Positions 46,849-57,565 of a stretch of DNA of 64,000 bases are shown here, piece by piece. The notes under the pieces were generated by a model. That model searched no databases. It worked only from the letters and a program-made list of their open reading frames with translations, and was not told the DNA's origin. This stretch comes from Myxococcales bacterium (GTDB taxonomy: Bacteria > Myxococcota_A > UBA9042 > JABWCM01 > BTVJ01). Within the stretch, counting starts at the first letter, position 1. Every line of letters starts with the position of its first letter. The position numbers and the translations under genes were made by a program. The stretch spans positions 11,516 through 75,515 of the forward strand of contig BTVJ01000035.1 of assembly GCA_045863395.1 (NCBI GenBank), written 5' to 3'.

Positions 46849-47964
46849 GTGTTTCTCTGGCTCTCCGAGACGCTGCGCGAAGCCTTCGGGCCCCTGAACG
46901 TCTTTCGGTACGTGACGTTCCGGATCATCGCGTCGCTCGTGACCGCATACCTGATCAGCATGGCGCTGTACCCGTGGTTCATCCGCCGCATGCAGGCCAG
47001 GCAGATCGGGCAGACGGTCCGCACGGACGGCCCCAAGTCCCACTTCTCCAAGGCGGGCACGCCGACCATGGGCGGCGCGCTGATCATCCTGGCCATGGCC
47101 GTCTCCACGTTGCTGTGGATGGATCTCGACAACCACTACGTGTGGCTGACCCTCATCGTGACGCTGTCCTACGGGATCCTGGGCTTCATGGACGACTACA
47201 AGAAGTTCCGGGAGCGCAACAGCAAGGGCGTCAGCGGGCGCATGAAGCTCCTGTGGCAGGGCACCGTGGCCATCGCGGTGATGGGCGCCTTCTTCTTCTG
47301 GCTGCGGGACGACGCGTCGTATCCCTACTCGCTGCGGCTCTACGTGCCCTTCCTGCGCATCGATCAATATTACGTCGACCTCCCCGCCTGGGCCTACGCG
47401 GCCTTCGGAGCCTTCGTGCTCATCGGCGCATCCAACGCGGTCAACCTGACCGACGGCCTGGACGGCCTCGCCATCGGCCCCGCGATCATCGCGGCGGCCA
47501 CGTTCCTGGTGCTGTGCTATCTGACCTCGCTCAAGATCCACAAGTTCGACGTCAGCGACTACCTGCTCATCCCCAAGGTGAAGGGGGTGCAGGAGCTGTC
47601 CATCCTGGCGGCGGCGATCATCGGGGCCGGGTTCGGCTTCCTCTGGTACAACACGTTCCCTGCGCAGGTGTTCATGGGGGACGTGGGGGCCCTGGCCCTC
47701 GGTGGCGCGCTCGGCTGCCTGGCGATCTTCAGCAAGAACGAGCTGTTGAGCGCCATCATCATGGGCGTCTTCGTCCTGGAGGCAGTCAGCGTCATCGCCC
47801 AGACCACGAGCTTCAAGCTGACGGGGAAGAGGGTGTTCCGCATGGCGCCCATCCACCACCACTTTGAGCTCAAGGGGTGGGCGGAACCCAAGATCATCGT
47901 TCGGTTCTGGATCATCGCCATCATGTTGGCGCTCTTCTCTCTGGCCAGCATCAAGCTGAGGTAG
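46849..47964 (+). CDS. mraY: Phospho-MurNAc-pentapeptide transferase
   Basis: KAGTPTMGG, DDYKK, NAVNLTDGLDGL, FMGDVG, MAPIHHHFE. Confidence 0.97.
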   Translation: MFLWLSETLREAFGPLNVFRYVTFRIIASLVTAYLISMALYPWFIRRMQARQIGQTVRTDGPKSHFSKAGTPTMGGALIILAMAVSTLLWMDLDNHYVWLTLIVTLSYGILGFMDDYKKFRERNSKGVSGRMKLLWQGTVAIAVMGAFFFWLRDDASYPYSLRLYVPFLRIDQYYVDLPAWAYAAFGAFVLIGASNAVNLTDGLDGLAIGPAIIAAATFLVLCYLTSLKIHKFDVSDYLLIPKVKGVQELSILAAAIIGAGFGFLWYNTFPAQVFMGDVGALALGGALGCLAIFSKNELLSAIIMGVFVLEAVSVIAQTTSFKLTGKRVFRMAPIHHHFELKGWAEPKIIVRFWIIAIMLALFSLASIKLR

Positions 47965-47967
47965 GCG

Positions 47968-49215
47968 GTGGCATCGCTGACGGACATCCGGGGCATTGGG
48001 GAGGCGGCTCGCACGGGCAGGCAGCCCCGCGCCGTCGACGCGAGCCTCCTCGCGGCGGTGCTGGCCCTGGTCGGCCTCAGCGTGGTCATGATCTACAGCG
48101 CCAGCGTCTATGTGGCCGAGGTAGACCTGAAGGACTCGGCGTTCTTCCTCAAGCGCCAGGTCTTCAACGTGGCGGTCGCCTTGCTCGCGCTGGTGGGCGG
48201 GCTCGCGATCCCCTACAGGCGCCTGCGCCTGCTGGTCTACCCGCTGCTCCTCCTGAGCGTGGCGCTGTTGGCCCTGCTGCTCGTGCCGGGTGTCGGCACC
48301 ACCGTCGGGAAGTCCACGCGGTGGTTCCGCATCCTGGGCTTCTCCTTCCAGCCGGCGGAGCTCGTCAAGCTGGCCTTCGTGATGTACCTGGCCTACTCGC
48401 TCGAGAAGAAGACCCACAAGATCAAGAGCTTCACGGTCGGTTTCTTGCCCCACCTCATGGTGGCGGGGCTGATCATGCTCCTCGCCCTGGCCCAGCCTGA
48501 CCTGGGGACCGCCGTCGTGCTGGGCCTGACCATGGTGGTGATGCTCTTCGTGGCGGGCACCCGCGTCAGCTACATCTTCGCGATGGCGCTCAGCGCCGTC
48601 CCGCTCCTGGTGTGGCTCATCTCGCGGAGCTCCATGCGCATGGCCCGCATGTTCGCCTTCCTGGACCCGTGGGAGCACCGCTACGACAGCGCCTTCCAGA
48701 TCGCCAACGCGCTGGCGGCCTTGGGGTCCGGCGGGGCGTTCGGCCTCGGGCTCGGCGGCAGCCGGCAGAAGATCGGCTACATGCCGGAGGCGCAGACGGA
48801 CTTCATCCTCCCGATCATCGGCGAGGAGCTCGGCTTCGTGGGCATCTCGGTCATCGTGTTGCTGATGGCCATCGTCATCTGGCGCGGCGCCGCCATCGCG
48901 TGGCGGGCCAAGGACGAGTTCGGCCGCTACCTGGCCTTCGGGCTGACCACCCTCATCGCCGTGCAGGCGGTGATCAACATGGGCGTCGCCACGGCGCTGC
49001 TGCCGACCAAGGGCCTGACGCTGCCCTTCGTGAGCTTCGGCGGCACCAGCCTGATCATCCTGTGCTTCGGCGTCGGCGTGCTCTTGAGCATCGGACGCGC
49101 CAACGAGCAGCCCGGGGACCCGCCGCCGCTGGAGGCGCGCCCCAAGTCCAAGGTGCTGGCCACCAAGCGCCCGATCATCCAGCGGGAGCGGCCGATCACG
49201 GAGGTGCTGCCGTGA
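47968..49215 (+). CDS. ftsW: SEDS peptidoglycan polymerase FtsW
   Basis: MIYSAS, FQPAELVK, QPDLGT, PEAQTDFI..IGEELG, PTKGLTLPFVSFGG. Confidence 0.96.
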   Translation: MASLTDIRGIGEAARTGRQPRAVDASLLAAVLALVGLSVVMIYSASVYVAEVDLKDSAFFLKRQVFNVAVALLALVGGLAIPYRRLRLLVYPLLLLSVALLALLLVPGVGTTVGKSTRWFRILGFSFQPAELVKLAFVMYLAYSLEKKTHKIKSFTVGFLPHLMVAGLIMLLALAQPDLGTAVVLGLTMVVMLFVAGTRVSYIFAMALSAVPLLVWLISRSSMRMARMFAFLDPWEHRYDSAFQIANALAALGSGGAFGLGLGGSRQKIGYMPEAQTDFILPIIGEELGFVGISVIVLLMAIVIWRGAAIAWRAKDEFGRYLAFGLTTLIAVQAVINMGVATALLPTKGLTLPFVSFGGTSLIILCFGVGVLLSIGRANEQPGDPPPLEARPKSKVLATKRPIIQRERPITEVLP

Positions 49216-50309
49216 GCGCGCTCTTGACCATGGACGCCGTCATGGACGCCGCCCTCCTCGTGGTCATCGCCGGCGGCGGGACCGGCGGGCACCTCTACCC
49301 CGCGATGGCCATCGGGGAGGCGCTTGCTGAGCGCGGGGTGCGCGTGCACTACGTCGGCAGCACGGCCGGCATCGAGGCGCGGGTGCTCCCGCAGACCGGA
49401 GTGGACCACACGCTGCTCCCCTCGGCGCGCCTGCGCGGTGGCGGTCCGCTCGTGGCGCTGCGGGGCCTCGCGGGGCTCGGGCGGAGCGTCGCGCGTGCGC
49501 TGTCGCTGCTGCGCTCCCTGCGGCCGGCCGTCGTCGTGGGCGCCGGGGGCTATGCCTCGGGGGCGGCGGTCATCGCCGCGTGGCTCCTGGGAATCCCCGT
49601 CGTGGTGCAGGAGCAGAACGCCGTGCCCGGGCTGACCAACAAGGTCGCCGGCCGGTTGGCGAGGCGCGTGTTCGTGAGCTTTGCCCCCGCGGTCGGGAGC
49701 TTCCCCACCGGCCGCGCGGAGGTTGCCGGCAACCCCATCCGGCGGGGCATCCGCGAGGCCTTGGTCGATGCCGGCGACGGTCGCGGCCTGCTGGTGTTCG
49801 GCGGCAGCCAGGGGGCGCGCTTCCTCAACGAGCAGGTGCCCGCGTTGGTGGCCCGCCTCGGCGTGCCGGTGCTGCACCAGACTGGTGCGAGCGATGTCGA
49901 GGCCACCCGCGCCCGCTACGCGGCGCTGGGCGTCGAGGCGGACGTGCGCCCCTACATCGACGACATGGCCGCCGCCTACGCGGGCGCCTCCCTGGCCATC
50001 TGCCGGGCGGGGGCATCGACGATTGCAGAGCTGCTCGCGGTGGGGCTGCCCGCGGTGCTCGTGCCGTTTCCCTTCGCGGCCCACGACCACCAAGCGGCGA
50101 ACGCGCGGGTGCTCGACGAGGCGGGGGCCGCGATCATGGTTCGTCAGGAGGAGTGGGACCTCGATGTCGTCGCGAGGCGCGTTCGGGCACTCCTGGCAGA
50201 CCCGGCGCGCCTTGCGGGCATGGGCGCAGCCGCCCGTTCTCTGGCGCACCCGGACGCCGCCGACCACATCGCCGAGGCCGTGCTGGGGCTGGCAAGGGGG
50301 GAGGCATGA
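49212..50309 (+). CDS. murG: Lipid II GlcNAc transferase MurG
   Basis: GGGTGGHLYP, EQNAVPG, GNPIR, FGGSQGA, RAGASTIAE, DHQAANA. Confidence 0.96.
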   Translation: MSALLTMDAVMDAALLVVIAGGGTGGHLYPAMAIGEALAERGVRVHYVGSTAGIEARVLPQTGVDHTLLPSARLRGGGPLVALRGLAGLGRSVARALSLLRSLRPAVVVGAGGYASGAAVIAAWLLGIPVVVQEQNAVPGLTNKVAGRLARRVFVSFAPAVGSFPTGRAEVAGNPIRRGIREALVDAGDGRGLLVFGGSQGARFLNEQVPALVARLGVPVLHQTGASDVEATRARYAALGVEADVRPYIDDMAAAYAGASLAICRAGASTIAELLAVGLPAVLVPFPFAAHDHQAANARVLDEAGAAIMVRQEEWDLDVVARRVRALLADPARLAGMGAAARSLAHPDAADHIAEAVLGLARGEA

Positions 50310-51256
50310 CCAGGGCGCGTCTCACCGAGGATGTCCGCGCCGCCGTGCGGGACGCCGTCCGAGGCACCGTACGCTCCGATGAGGAGCTGGCCCCCCACAC
50401 GTCGTGGCGGGTGGGCGGCCCGGCCGACCTGTGGGTCGAGCCCGCCGACGTGGACGACCTGCGGGCGGCGCTGGCCGTCTTTGCCGCGCACGAGGTTCCG
50501 TGGATCGTGCTCGGCAAGGGCAGCAACGTCCTGGTCGCGGATGCTGGCGTGCGTGGGGCAGTGCTCAACCTGGAGGAGGGCCTCCGAGAGCTCCGACACG
50601 AGGTGGACGCGCTCGGGCCCGGCGTCCACCGCCTCGTGGCCGGCGCCGGAGCGGCCATCGCAGGCGTGCTCCACTACGTGGTGCGGCACCAGATCGAGGG
50701 GCTGGAGCTCTGGACGGGAATCCCGGGCACCGTCGGTGGCGCGGTGGTCATGAACGCGGGCACGCACCTCGGTGAGACCAAGGACGCGCTCCTGGACGCG
50801 ACGATCATGGGGGCCGACGGCGCGGTCTCGGTGCGCGACGCTGCCGCGCTGGGCCTCTCCTACCGCCACTCGGCACTCAGGGCTGGCGAGGTCGTCGTGG
50901 GGGCGACGTTCCGCGTCCGGACGGCGCTCGACTCGTCCTTCGCGCAGGTCATCCAGGAGACGAAGGCCCGCCGTCGCGCGACCCAGCCCGTCACGCTGCC
51001 CAGCGGGGGCAGCACGTTCGCCAATCCGCCGGGGGACCACGCGTGGCGCCTGGTGGACGCGGCGGGCTTGCGAGGGCACGTCATCGGGGGCGCCCAGATC
51101 TCGGAGCTGCACCCGAACTTCATCGTGAACCTCGGGGACGCGACGGCGGCGGACATCGCTGCGCTCATGCGGCTCGCGATGACCGAGGTCGAGCAGCGCT
51201 TCGGCGTGCGGCTCCGCCCGGAGGTGGTGCGCGTCGGCGAGTGGGAGGGCGAGTGA
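50306..51256 (+). CDS. murB: UDP-N-acetylenolpyruvoylglucosamine reductase
   Basis: HTSWRVGGPA, GKGSNVL, GIPGTVGGAVVMNAG, YRHS, GSTFANP, HPNFIVN. Confidence 0.95.
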   Translation: MTRARLTEDVRAAVRDAVRGTVRSDEELAPHTSWRVGGPADLWVEPADVDDLRAALAVFAAHEVPWIVLGKGSNVLVADAGVRGAVLNLEEGLRELRHEVDALGPGVHRLVAGAGAAIAGVLHYVVRHQIEGLELWTGIPGTVGGAVVMNAGTHLGETKDALLDATIMGADGAVSVRDAAALGLSYRHSALRAGEVVVGATFRVRTALDSSFAQVIQETKARRRATQPVTLPSGGSTFANPPGDHAWRLVDAAGLRGHVIGGAQISELHPNFIVNLGDATAADIAALMRLAMTEVEQRFGVRLRPEVVRVGEWEGE

Positions 51257-52272
51257 ACCTGACGGAGCAGAAGGTGAGGCGCCCCCGGCGCAACCGCAAG
51301 CGCCTGACACTGCGCTTGCGGGAGCTGTGGACGGCGGCGGGGCCCGCGTCGAGGGCGGCGCTCGCGGCCACCCGGGGCGGCCTGCGAGACCTGGCTCCCT
51401 ATGTGGGCGTGACGTTGCTGGTGGCGGCCATTCCAGTCACGGCGGCGGCGCTCGTGCGCTACCTGACGAGCAGCGAGCACTTCGCGCTGTCCACCATCGA
51501 GGTCGTGGGCAACGCCCACGCGAGCGAAGAGGAGCTCTTGAAGATGGCCACGGTGTGGCCAGGTCGCAACGTGCTGACCCTCGACACGGACGCCATCGAG
51601 GCCGAGGTGGAGCGCCACCCGTGGGTGCGGTCGGCGACCGTGGAGGCGGAGCTGCCCGACAAGCTCGTGATCCGGGTGGAGGAGCGCCGGCCCATCGCCG
51701 TGGCGTCGCTGCCGCAGCTCCAGCTCGTCGACGACCGCGGCGTGGTCTTCGAGCCCATCGGCGCTGGCGAGGTGCTGGACCTGCCCGTGATCACCGGCGT
51801 CACCCGCGAGGAGCTGGCGGACCCGGATCAGGCGGACGAGGCCCAGCGGCGGCTCCGCGAGGCCGTGCGGGTCGCCGACTGGTACGTGCTGCACCCGGTG
51901 GCCAAGGCGCACCCCCTCGGCGAGGTCCACGTGGACCCGCTGTTCGGCTACACGGTCGTGCTGCGCAACGACGCGGTCGAGGTGCGCCTCGGCCTCGTGA
52001 CCGACCAGGCTGACCTGTCGCTGCGCCTCGGCCGCCTGGAGCACGTGATGAACGACGCCCGCGCCCGCGGAGCCCGCGTGGTGCTGGTGCGCCTCGACGA
52101 CCGCCGGGACCCGACGCGGGTCACGGTGCGCCTCGAGTACCCGAACGGTGCGGCGGCGGGGGTCGTCGCCGACGCGGAGCCCGAGCGTCCGAGCGACGAC
52201 GCCCCTCCGAGCAAGAAGAGCAGCCCCTCGCGACGGCCGACCGCGCCGTCGCGGGACCACATCCTACCCTGA
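51253..52272 (+). CDS. ftsQ: Cell division protein FtsQ
   Basis: TM followed by POTRA-like IEVVGN..PWVRSATV..LPDKLVIRVEERRP; LPVITG; precedes ftsA. Confidence 0.88.
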   Translation: MNLTEQKVRRPRRNRKRLTLRLRELWTAAGPASRAALAATRGGLRDLAPYVGVTLLVAAIPVTAAALVRYLTSSEHFALSTIEVVGNAHASEEELLKMATVWPGRNVLTLDTDAIEAEVERHPWVRSATVEAELPDKLVIRVEERRPIAVASLPQLQLVDDRGVVFEPIGAGEVLDLPVITGVTREELADPDQADEAQRRLREAVRVADWYVLHPVAKAHPLGEVHVDPLFGYTVVLRNDAVEVRLGLVTDQADLSLRLGRLEHVMNDARARGARVVLVRLDDRRDPTRVTVRLEYPNGAAAGVVADAEPERPSDDAPPSKKSSPSRRPTAPSRDHILP

Positions 52273-52315
52273 GCAGTGAAGGCGAGCCCGAGCGCACCCC
52301 GGGCGGAGGACGAGC

Positions 52316-53563
52316 ATGGCAAAGAAGACGGACGAGATCATCGTGGGCCTGGACATCGGCACGACGAAGGTGTGCGCGGTGGTGGGGGAGGCCTCGGAGC
52401 ACGGGGTGAACATCATCGGCATCGGCACCGCCGAGTCGACCGGGCTCCGCAAGGGCATCATCGTGAACATCGAGACGACGATCCTCGCCATCCGCAAGGC
52501 GGTCGAGGAGGCGGAGCTGATGGCCGGCTGCGAGATCTCGTCGGTCTACGTGGGCGTGGCGGGCGCCCACATCAAGGGCTTCAACAGCCGCGGCATCGTC
52601 GCCGTCAACGACAAGCGCGAGGTGCGCACGGCGGACCTGGAGCGGGTGGTGGACGCGGCCAAGGCGGTCCAGATCCCGTCGGACCGCGACGTGATCCACA
52701 TCCTGCCCCAGGAGTACCTGGTCGACGACTGCGACGGGGTGCGTGAGCCCCTCGGCATGTGCGGCACGCGCCTGGAGGCGAAGGTCCACATCGTGACCGC
52801 CGCGCGGTCTGCGACCGAGAACATCGTCCGCTGCACCAACGGCGCGGGCCTGCACGTGGCCGACGTCGTGCTGGAGCCGCTGGCGAGCGCGGCGACGGCG
52901 CTGTTCGAGGATGAGAAAGAGCTCGGCGTGGTGCTGGTGGACATCGGCGGCGGGACGACCGACATCGCGGTCTTCTACAACGGCTCGGTGGTGCACACGT
53001 CGGTGCTGCCTCTCGGCGGCAACCAGGTGACCAACGACATCGCCGTCGGCATGCGCACGCCCAGAGGGGAGGCCGAGCGCATCAAGCTCCGCCACGGCTG
53101 TGCCATGATCAGCATGGTCGGCGACGAGGAGAGCATCGAGGTGCCGAGCGTGGGCGGGCGCGACCCGCAGTCGGCGCGGCGCCAGTTCCTGTGCGAGATC
53201 ATCGAGCCGCGCATCGAGGAGCTGTACCGGCTGATCCACCAGGAGATCCAGCGGAGCGGCTTCGAGGACCTGGTGGCGAGCGGCGTGGTGATCACCGGGG
53301 GCGGCGCGCTGCTCGACGGCATGGTCGAGCTCGGCGAGGAGGTCATCGGGCTTCCAGTGCGGATCGGGCAGCCGACGCGGGTCGGCGGCCTGGCGGACGT
53401 GGTGCGCAGCCCGAAGTTCTCGACGGGGGTCGGGCTCGTGCTCTACGGGGCGAGCCACGGCGCGAAGACCCGGGCGCGGGACCAGCAGAAGCGCGCCAAG
53501 GACACGGGCCCCGTGGGTCGCTTCACGGGGCGGATTCGGGAGTGGCTGGGGGAGATCTTCTAG
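52316..53563 (+). CDS. ftsA: Cell division protein FtsA
   Basis: GLDIGTTKV, VDIGGGTTD, VITGGGA, amphipathic C-terminus IREWLGEIF. Confidence 0.97.
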   Translation: MAKKTDEIIVGLDIGTTKVCAVVGEASEHGVNIIGIGTAESTGLRKGIIVNIETTILAIRKAVEEAELMAGCEISSVYVGVAGAHIKGFNSRGIVAVNDKREVRTADLERVVDAAKAVQIPSDRDVIHILPQEYLVDDCDGVREPLGMCGTRLEAKVHIVTAARSATENIVRCTNGAGLHVADVVLEPLASAATALFEDEKELGVVLVDIGGGTTDIAVFYNGSVVHTSVLPLGGNQVTNDIAVGMRTPRGEAERIKLRHGCAMISMVGDEESIEVPSVGGRDPQSARRQFLCEIIEPRIEELYRLIHQEIQRSGFEDLVASGVVITGGGALLDGMVELGEEVIGLPVRIGQPTRVGGLADVVRSPKFSTGVGLVLYGASHGAKTRARDQQKRAKDTGPVGRFTGRIREWLGEIF

Positions 53564-53759
53564 TGCCGGCAGATTGTGGAGGTCGCGGGCCAGGGTGCGG
53601 CGCGCGGCCTTCGGGTAGACGGAGCAGTCCCGGCAGGTCGTCGGGTGGGCTCGACCCGTCCCCGCTCGAGTGGGTGCCGAGCGGTGGCAGGTGGGCTCTG
53701 GAGCTGCACACATTCACGGAGTTCGGGGCGAGGGCCCCATCAACGTCAGGGGAATCGAC

Positions 53760-55118
53760 ATGATCCAGATCGTAGAGGCGAGTGGTCACGGAGCGAAGAT
53801 CCGCGTCGCAGGCGTGGGCGGCGGGGGCGGCAACGCCCTCAACAACATGCTCACCAACAAGCTGGACGGCGTGGACTTCATCTGCGTCAACACGGACTCG
53901 CAGGCGCTCGGCGCCAACCAGGCGGGGCACAAGATCCAGATCGGGTCCAAGCTCACCCGCGGGCTGGGGGCCGGCGCCAACCCCGAGATAGGGTGGAAGG
54001 CGGCCCACGAGGACCAGGCGATGATCGCCCAGGCCATCGAGGGCAGCGACATGGTCTTTGTCACCGCGGGCATGGGCGGCGGCACGGGCACGGGCGCGGC
54101 CCCCGTCATCGCGCGCATCGCCAAGGACCTCGGCGCCTTGACGGTCGGCGTCGTGACCAAGCCGTTCGACTTCGAGGGCAAGCAGCGGCGTCGCCGGGCG
54201 GAGGAGGGCATCAAGGCCCTGTCCGAGGCGGTCGACACGCTGATCGTCATCCCGAACCAGCGCCTGATGAGCATCGCGCTCGGCAACATGAGCATGCTCG
54301 ACGCCTTCCGGAAGGCGGACGAGGTGCTGCTCAACGCGGTCCGGGGTATCAGCGACCTGATCACCAAGCCGGGCCTGATCAACGTCGACTTCGCCGACGT
54401 GAAGACCATCATGTCGAGCATGGGCATGGCGCTCATGGGAACGGGCTTCGGCAACGGGACCAAGCGCGCCATGGACGCCGCCCAGTCGGCCATCTGCAGC
54501 CCGCTGCTGGAGGACACGAGCATCGACGGCGCGACGGGGATCCTGATCAACATCACGGGCGGCACGGACATGACCCTGCACGAGGTCACGGAGGCGACCA
54601 GCCTGATCCAGGAGGCCGCCCACGAGGACGCCAACATCATCTGGGGCATGGTCATCGACCCCTCCATGCGCGAGGAGGTCAAGATCACCGTGGTCGCCAC
54701 CGGCTTCGACCGGGCGCGCCGCGAGGTGGTCGCCGGCTGGAAGGGCGGCAGCTCCATGTCCTACCCCGCCTACCCGGGCGCGACGGCCCAGCAGCCCCAG
54801 CTTCAGGCGGTTCCGCCGTACATCCGCCAGGAGCGCGCCCAGGCCCAGCCGCACTTCGCCCCGCCGGCGGTGCCGGTGGCGGCCCAGGCCCCAGAGCCGG
54901 TCTACTCCGTCGCCGAGACCACCCTCGACCGCCCGGCCTTCATCCGCAACGGGGGCAGCCCCCGCGCGGTGGAGTCCGAGCGCCGCAGCCCGCCCCCCCC
55001 GCCGGCGGGGCGCAACGGCGGCGTCCTGCACCGCGACGGCGAGGGCACCTACCACAACCCCTTCACGGGCAACGACCAGAGCGAGTTCGACACGCCGACG
55101 TTCCTGCGTCGGCAGTAG
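53760..55118 (+). CDS. ftsZ: Cell division protein FtsZ
   Basis: [16 protein letters not shown] tubulin motif, INVDFADV, C-terminal DTPTFLRRQ. Confidence 0.98.
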   Translation: MIQIVEASGHGAKIRVAGVGGGGGNALNNMLTNKLDGVDFICVNTDSQALGANQAGHKIQIGSKLTRGLGAGANPEIGWKAAHEDQAMIAQAIEGSDMVFVTAGMGGGTGTGAAPVIARIAKDLGALTVGVVTKPFDFEGKQRRRRAEEGIKALSEAVDTLIVIPNQRLMSIALGNMSMLDAFRKADEVLLNAVRGISDLITKPGLINVDFADVKTIMSSMGMALMGTGFGNGTKRAMDAAQSAICSPLLEDTSIDGATGILINITGGTDMTLHEVTEATSLIQEAAHEDANIIWGMVIDPSMREEVKITVVATGFDRARREVVAGWKGGSSMSYPAYPGATAQQPQLQAVPPYIRQERAQAQPHFAPPAVPVAAQAPEPVYSVAETTLDRPAFIRNGGSPRAVESERRSPPPPPAGRNGGVLHRDGEGTYHNPFTGNDQSEFDTPTFLRRQ

Positions 55119-55395
55119 CCGACCCCACCGAAGCCGACCCCGGCCTACGAGCCGCGCTCGGCCGCCCAACGAGGGCCTACGCCGGCTCGCGCGCCGCGCC
55201 TCGCTCCCCACCGAAGCCGATCCCCGCTCGGGCGCGGCGCACCCCCGAGGTGGCGGCCGGGCCTGCAGACCCCTCCGCCCGTCCCTCGGGGGGACCTCCC
55301 GCAATTGACCGGTGGGGGCAGACTCCTACCCTGCTGGATGTGGCGTGTGCGACGCCACCGCGCGGCCACTCTGACTCCGACAGGAGGAGGTTGTC

Positions 55396-56307
55396 ATGAG
55401 ATGGGACACAGCGGCGACTCTCGCGCTTGCGGTGCTGCTCACGGGCGGCGTCGCGCAGGCGAAGGGGGGAGACAAGGGTGACGAGGCGAAGACCCCGCCG
55501 GCGAGCGCGAATACGAACGCGAACTGGATCAGCGCTCAGGCACAGTCCCACGTGGCGGAGGTCATCATCGGCAAGGTCGTCGTCGACAACGCCCGGGACC
55601 CGCGAGTCAGGGCGTTCGGAAAGACTCTCCTCATCGACCACGCGCAGATGGCGTCCCGCATCCAGGAAGTCGCAGTCAGCGAGTCGATCCGCGTCCAGCC
55701 GCGTCTGGCCGGCGCCATCGCCGTCGTCTCGACCGTCGAGCTGTTTGCGTCGGGATTCTCGACGGTCCCGGCCAAGGGCGCGGAGATTGCCGACCGGACC
55801 TTCGAGCGTGAGGCCGGCGCGAGAGGTGCGCAGAAGGGCTTCGAGCAATCCCCGAAGACCGCTGATCTGGACGAGACCGAGGGCGCCGCGGTCGGCGCAA
55901 TGGCTTCCGACTCTGCCATCCGCAACCTGAAGATCGAGGACCTCGGCGCCCGGCTCGACGCGAAGTACCGGCAGCGCGTAGATAAGGTGATCCGGCTCAA
56001 GGACGACGCGGACTTCGACAGGAAGTTCCTCGCCATCACAATCGAGTCCCATCAGAAGGCGATCAGGGGGCTCGAGACCTGGATTCGCGCAACGGCCAAT
56101 GAATCGCTCGAGGAGCTCGCAGTGACGACGATCCCCGTCTTGCAGAAGCACCTGGCCAAGGCGGAGGGCCTGAAGCGCGACCTCGATTCTCCGCCCGTGT
56201 TCGAGAGGCTCGACTCGCCGCGGGACGGCAAGTCGGACGATTGGCGCGAGCCACCGAGCAAGGTGAGGTCCGACGAGGCGAACGAGGGAAAGAATCAGGT
56301 CGAGTGA
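55396..56307 (+). CDS. Secreted DUF4142 (ferritin-like) protein with internal insertion
   Basis: Signal peptide; AEV..GK...VRAFG..L..DH, and FDRKFL...ESHQKA...PVLQKHL. Confidence 0.75.
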   Translation: MRWDTAATLALAVLLTGGVAQAKGGDKGDEAKTPPASANTNANWISAQAQSHVAEVIIGKVVVDNARDPRVRAFGKTLLIDHAQMASRIQEVAVSESIRVQPRLAGAIAVVSTVELFASGFSTVPAKGAEIADRTFEREAGARGAQKGFEQSPKTADLDETEGAAVGAMASDSAIRNLKIEDLGARLDAKYRQRVDKVIRLKDDADFDRKFLAITIESHQKAIRGLETWIRATANESLEELAVTTIPVLQKHLAKAEGLKRDLDSPPVFERLDSPRDGKSDDWREPPSKVRSDEANEGKNQVE

Positions 56308-56371
56308 TCCCACAACTGAGACTGCCGTGACGGGTCGCCTGGCTCGAACAGGCTTGACTCACGCCGGTTGA

Positions 56372-57241
56372 TCACTCGCGCCGCACCGGGACTCTCGCTT
56401 CGAACTCGAGGGTGGCCTCGCGCCCACCGAACGGCTCGCCCGGGTCCTCTCGACCACTCGCGCTCAGCCGACCTGTGCGCGTGCCACGGTCAGGGACCGA
56501 GGCGGATCGGGGGACACTGGCCACAGAGCCAGGCCGGGGCTTCTGCGCGACAGTCGCCGCCTCACCAGAGTGTGAGCACGACCGTTGAATGGACTCGATA
56601 CTCGGATAGTGCCGGGCAGCGCAGCCGACGAACGTGGGGACCGAGTTCAAGTAGTCCGAGGAGCCCAGATCCGTCAGAGCGTTGGGGTGGACGTGGCCCA
56701 GAACGTGCGTCATCTCGTGGGCGATGGTCCCGGCGAGGCGCCTCACGCCATCCTCCGCTCCGAGCAGCGTGTCGACGTAGTCATCTCGAATCACCACGAA
56801 CGGGAGCCCTGGGCGCGAGTAGGCGTGGATGCCGGGGTCCATGAGCGAGGTGTTGCATGGGTGGCCCGCATCCCGGCCATAGGCGATCACCGCGACCTCG
56901 ACGTCCTTGTCCGCGAGCTGCCCGAGGAGCTGGGCTCCCAGCGAGATGCCTTCGTCTGCGCCTTCGTGGCCCCAGTCGCGCTTCGCCTTCAGCAGGTCGG
57001 CGACGCTCGCGTCGGCGAGCGCACGGCGGGCGTGCTCGGTCGCGCGGTCGAACAGCGCGCGCCGCGCGGCGTCGAGAGCGCCCGCACGACAGCGATGGCG
57101 CCGAAGGTAGGTCAGCTCCTCCGCTGCGTCGTCTCGCAGCGCGCCAGCACCCGCATGTACGAAGCGGACCTCGGCGGTCGCGCTGGTGAACGCGACCACG
57201 ACGAGCGCCAGGATCAGGGTGAGAGACCTCCACTTCGCCAC
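56372..57241 (-). CDS. Secreted zinc metalloprotease (metzincin-type motif)
   Basis: AGGAGG RBS before a GTG start; signal peptide; HEMTHVLGHVH (HExxHxxGxxH). Confidence 0.7.
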   Translation of the reverse strand: MAKWRSLTLILALVVVAFTSATAEVRFVHAGAGALRDDAAEELTYLRRHRCRAGALDAARRALFDRATEHARRALADASVADLLKAKRDWGHEGADEGISLGAQLLGQLADKDVEVAVIAYGRDAGHPCNTSLMDPGIHAYSRPGLPFVVIRDDYVDTLLGAEDGVRRLAGTIAHEMTHVLGHVHPNALTDLGSSDYLNSVPTFVGCAARHYPSIESIQRSCSHSGEAATVAQKPRPGSVASVPRSASVPDRGTRTGRLSASGREDPGEPFGGREATLEFEARVPVRRE

Positions 57242-57565
57242 GCCTGCCTCCTGAAGATCGTGAGCTGCCGAGCGGACTTCGCGCCACGCACTCTCGCAGA
57301 TGACGCGCCCCGGGGGGGCCATGTCACGGCCGCTGATCGTGGTGGGTCGTAACCGGAGCAGCGTCACGTCCGGCTGCCCACGCAGCCGACGCGGGTCCGC
57401 GCTCCTCCTACCCCGCGGGGGCGGTCGGCGGATCCTGGACCCACGGCCTGAGCTCGGGGAGGGCGCGCTGTGTCGTTCGGCACGTTCTTCGGGGGGCGGA
57501 CGAGCGGAGAGCGGCCACCCGCGGCCTGGGCGAGGCCCCCTGAGTGGCGGTGTCGAGCGGCCCTC

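Noticed and set aside
55119..55300. CRISPR array or ftsZ stop-codon readthrough
   Set aside because: Only two 15-nt repeats, and FtsZ already ends in its conserved C-terminal peptide.
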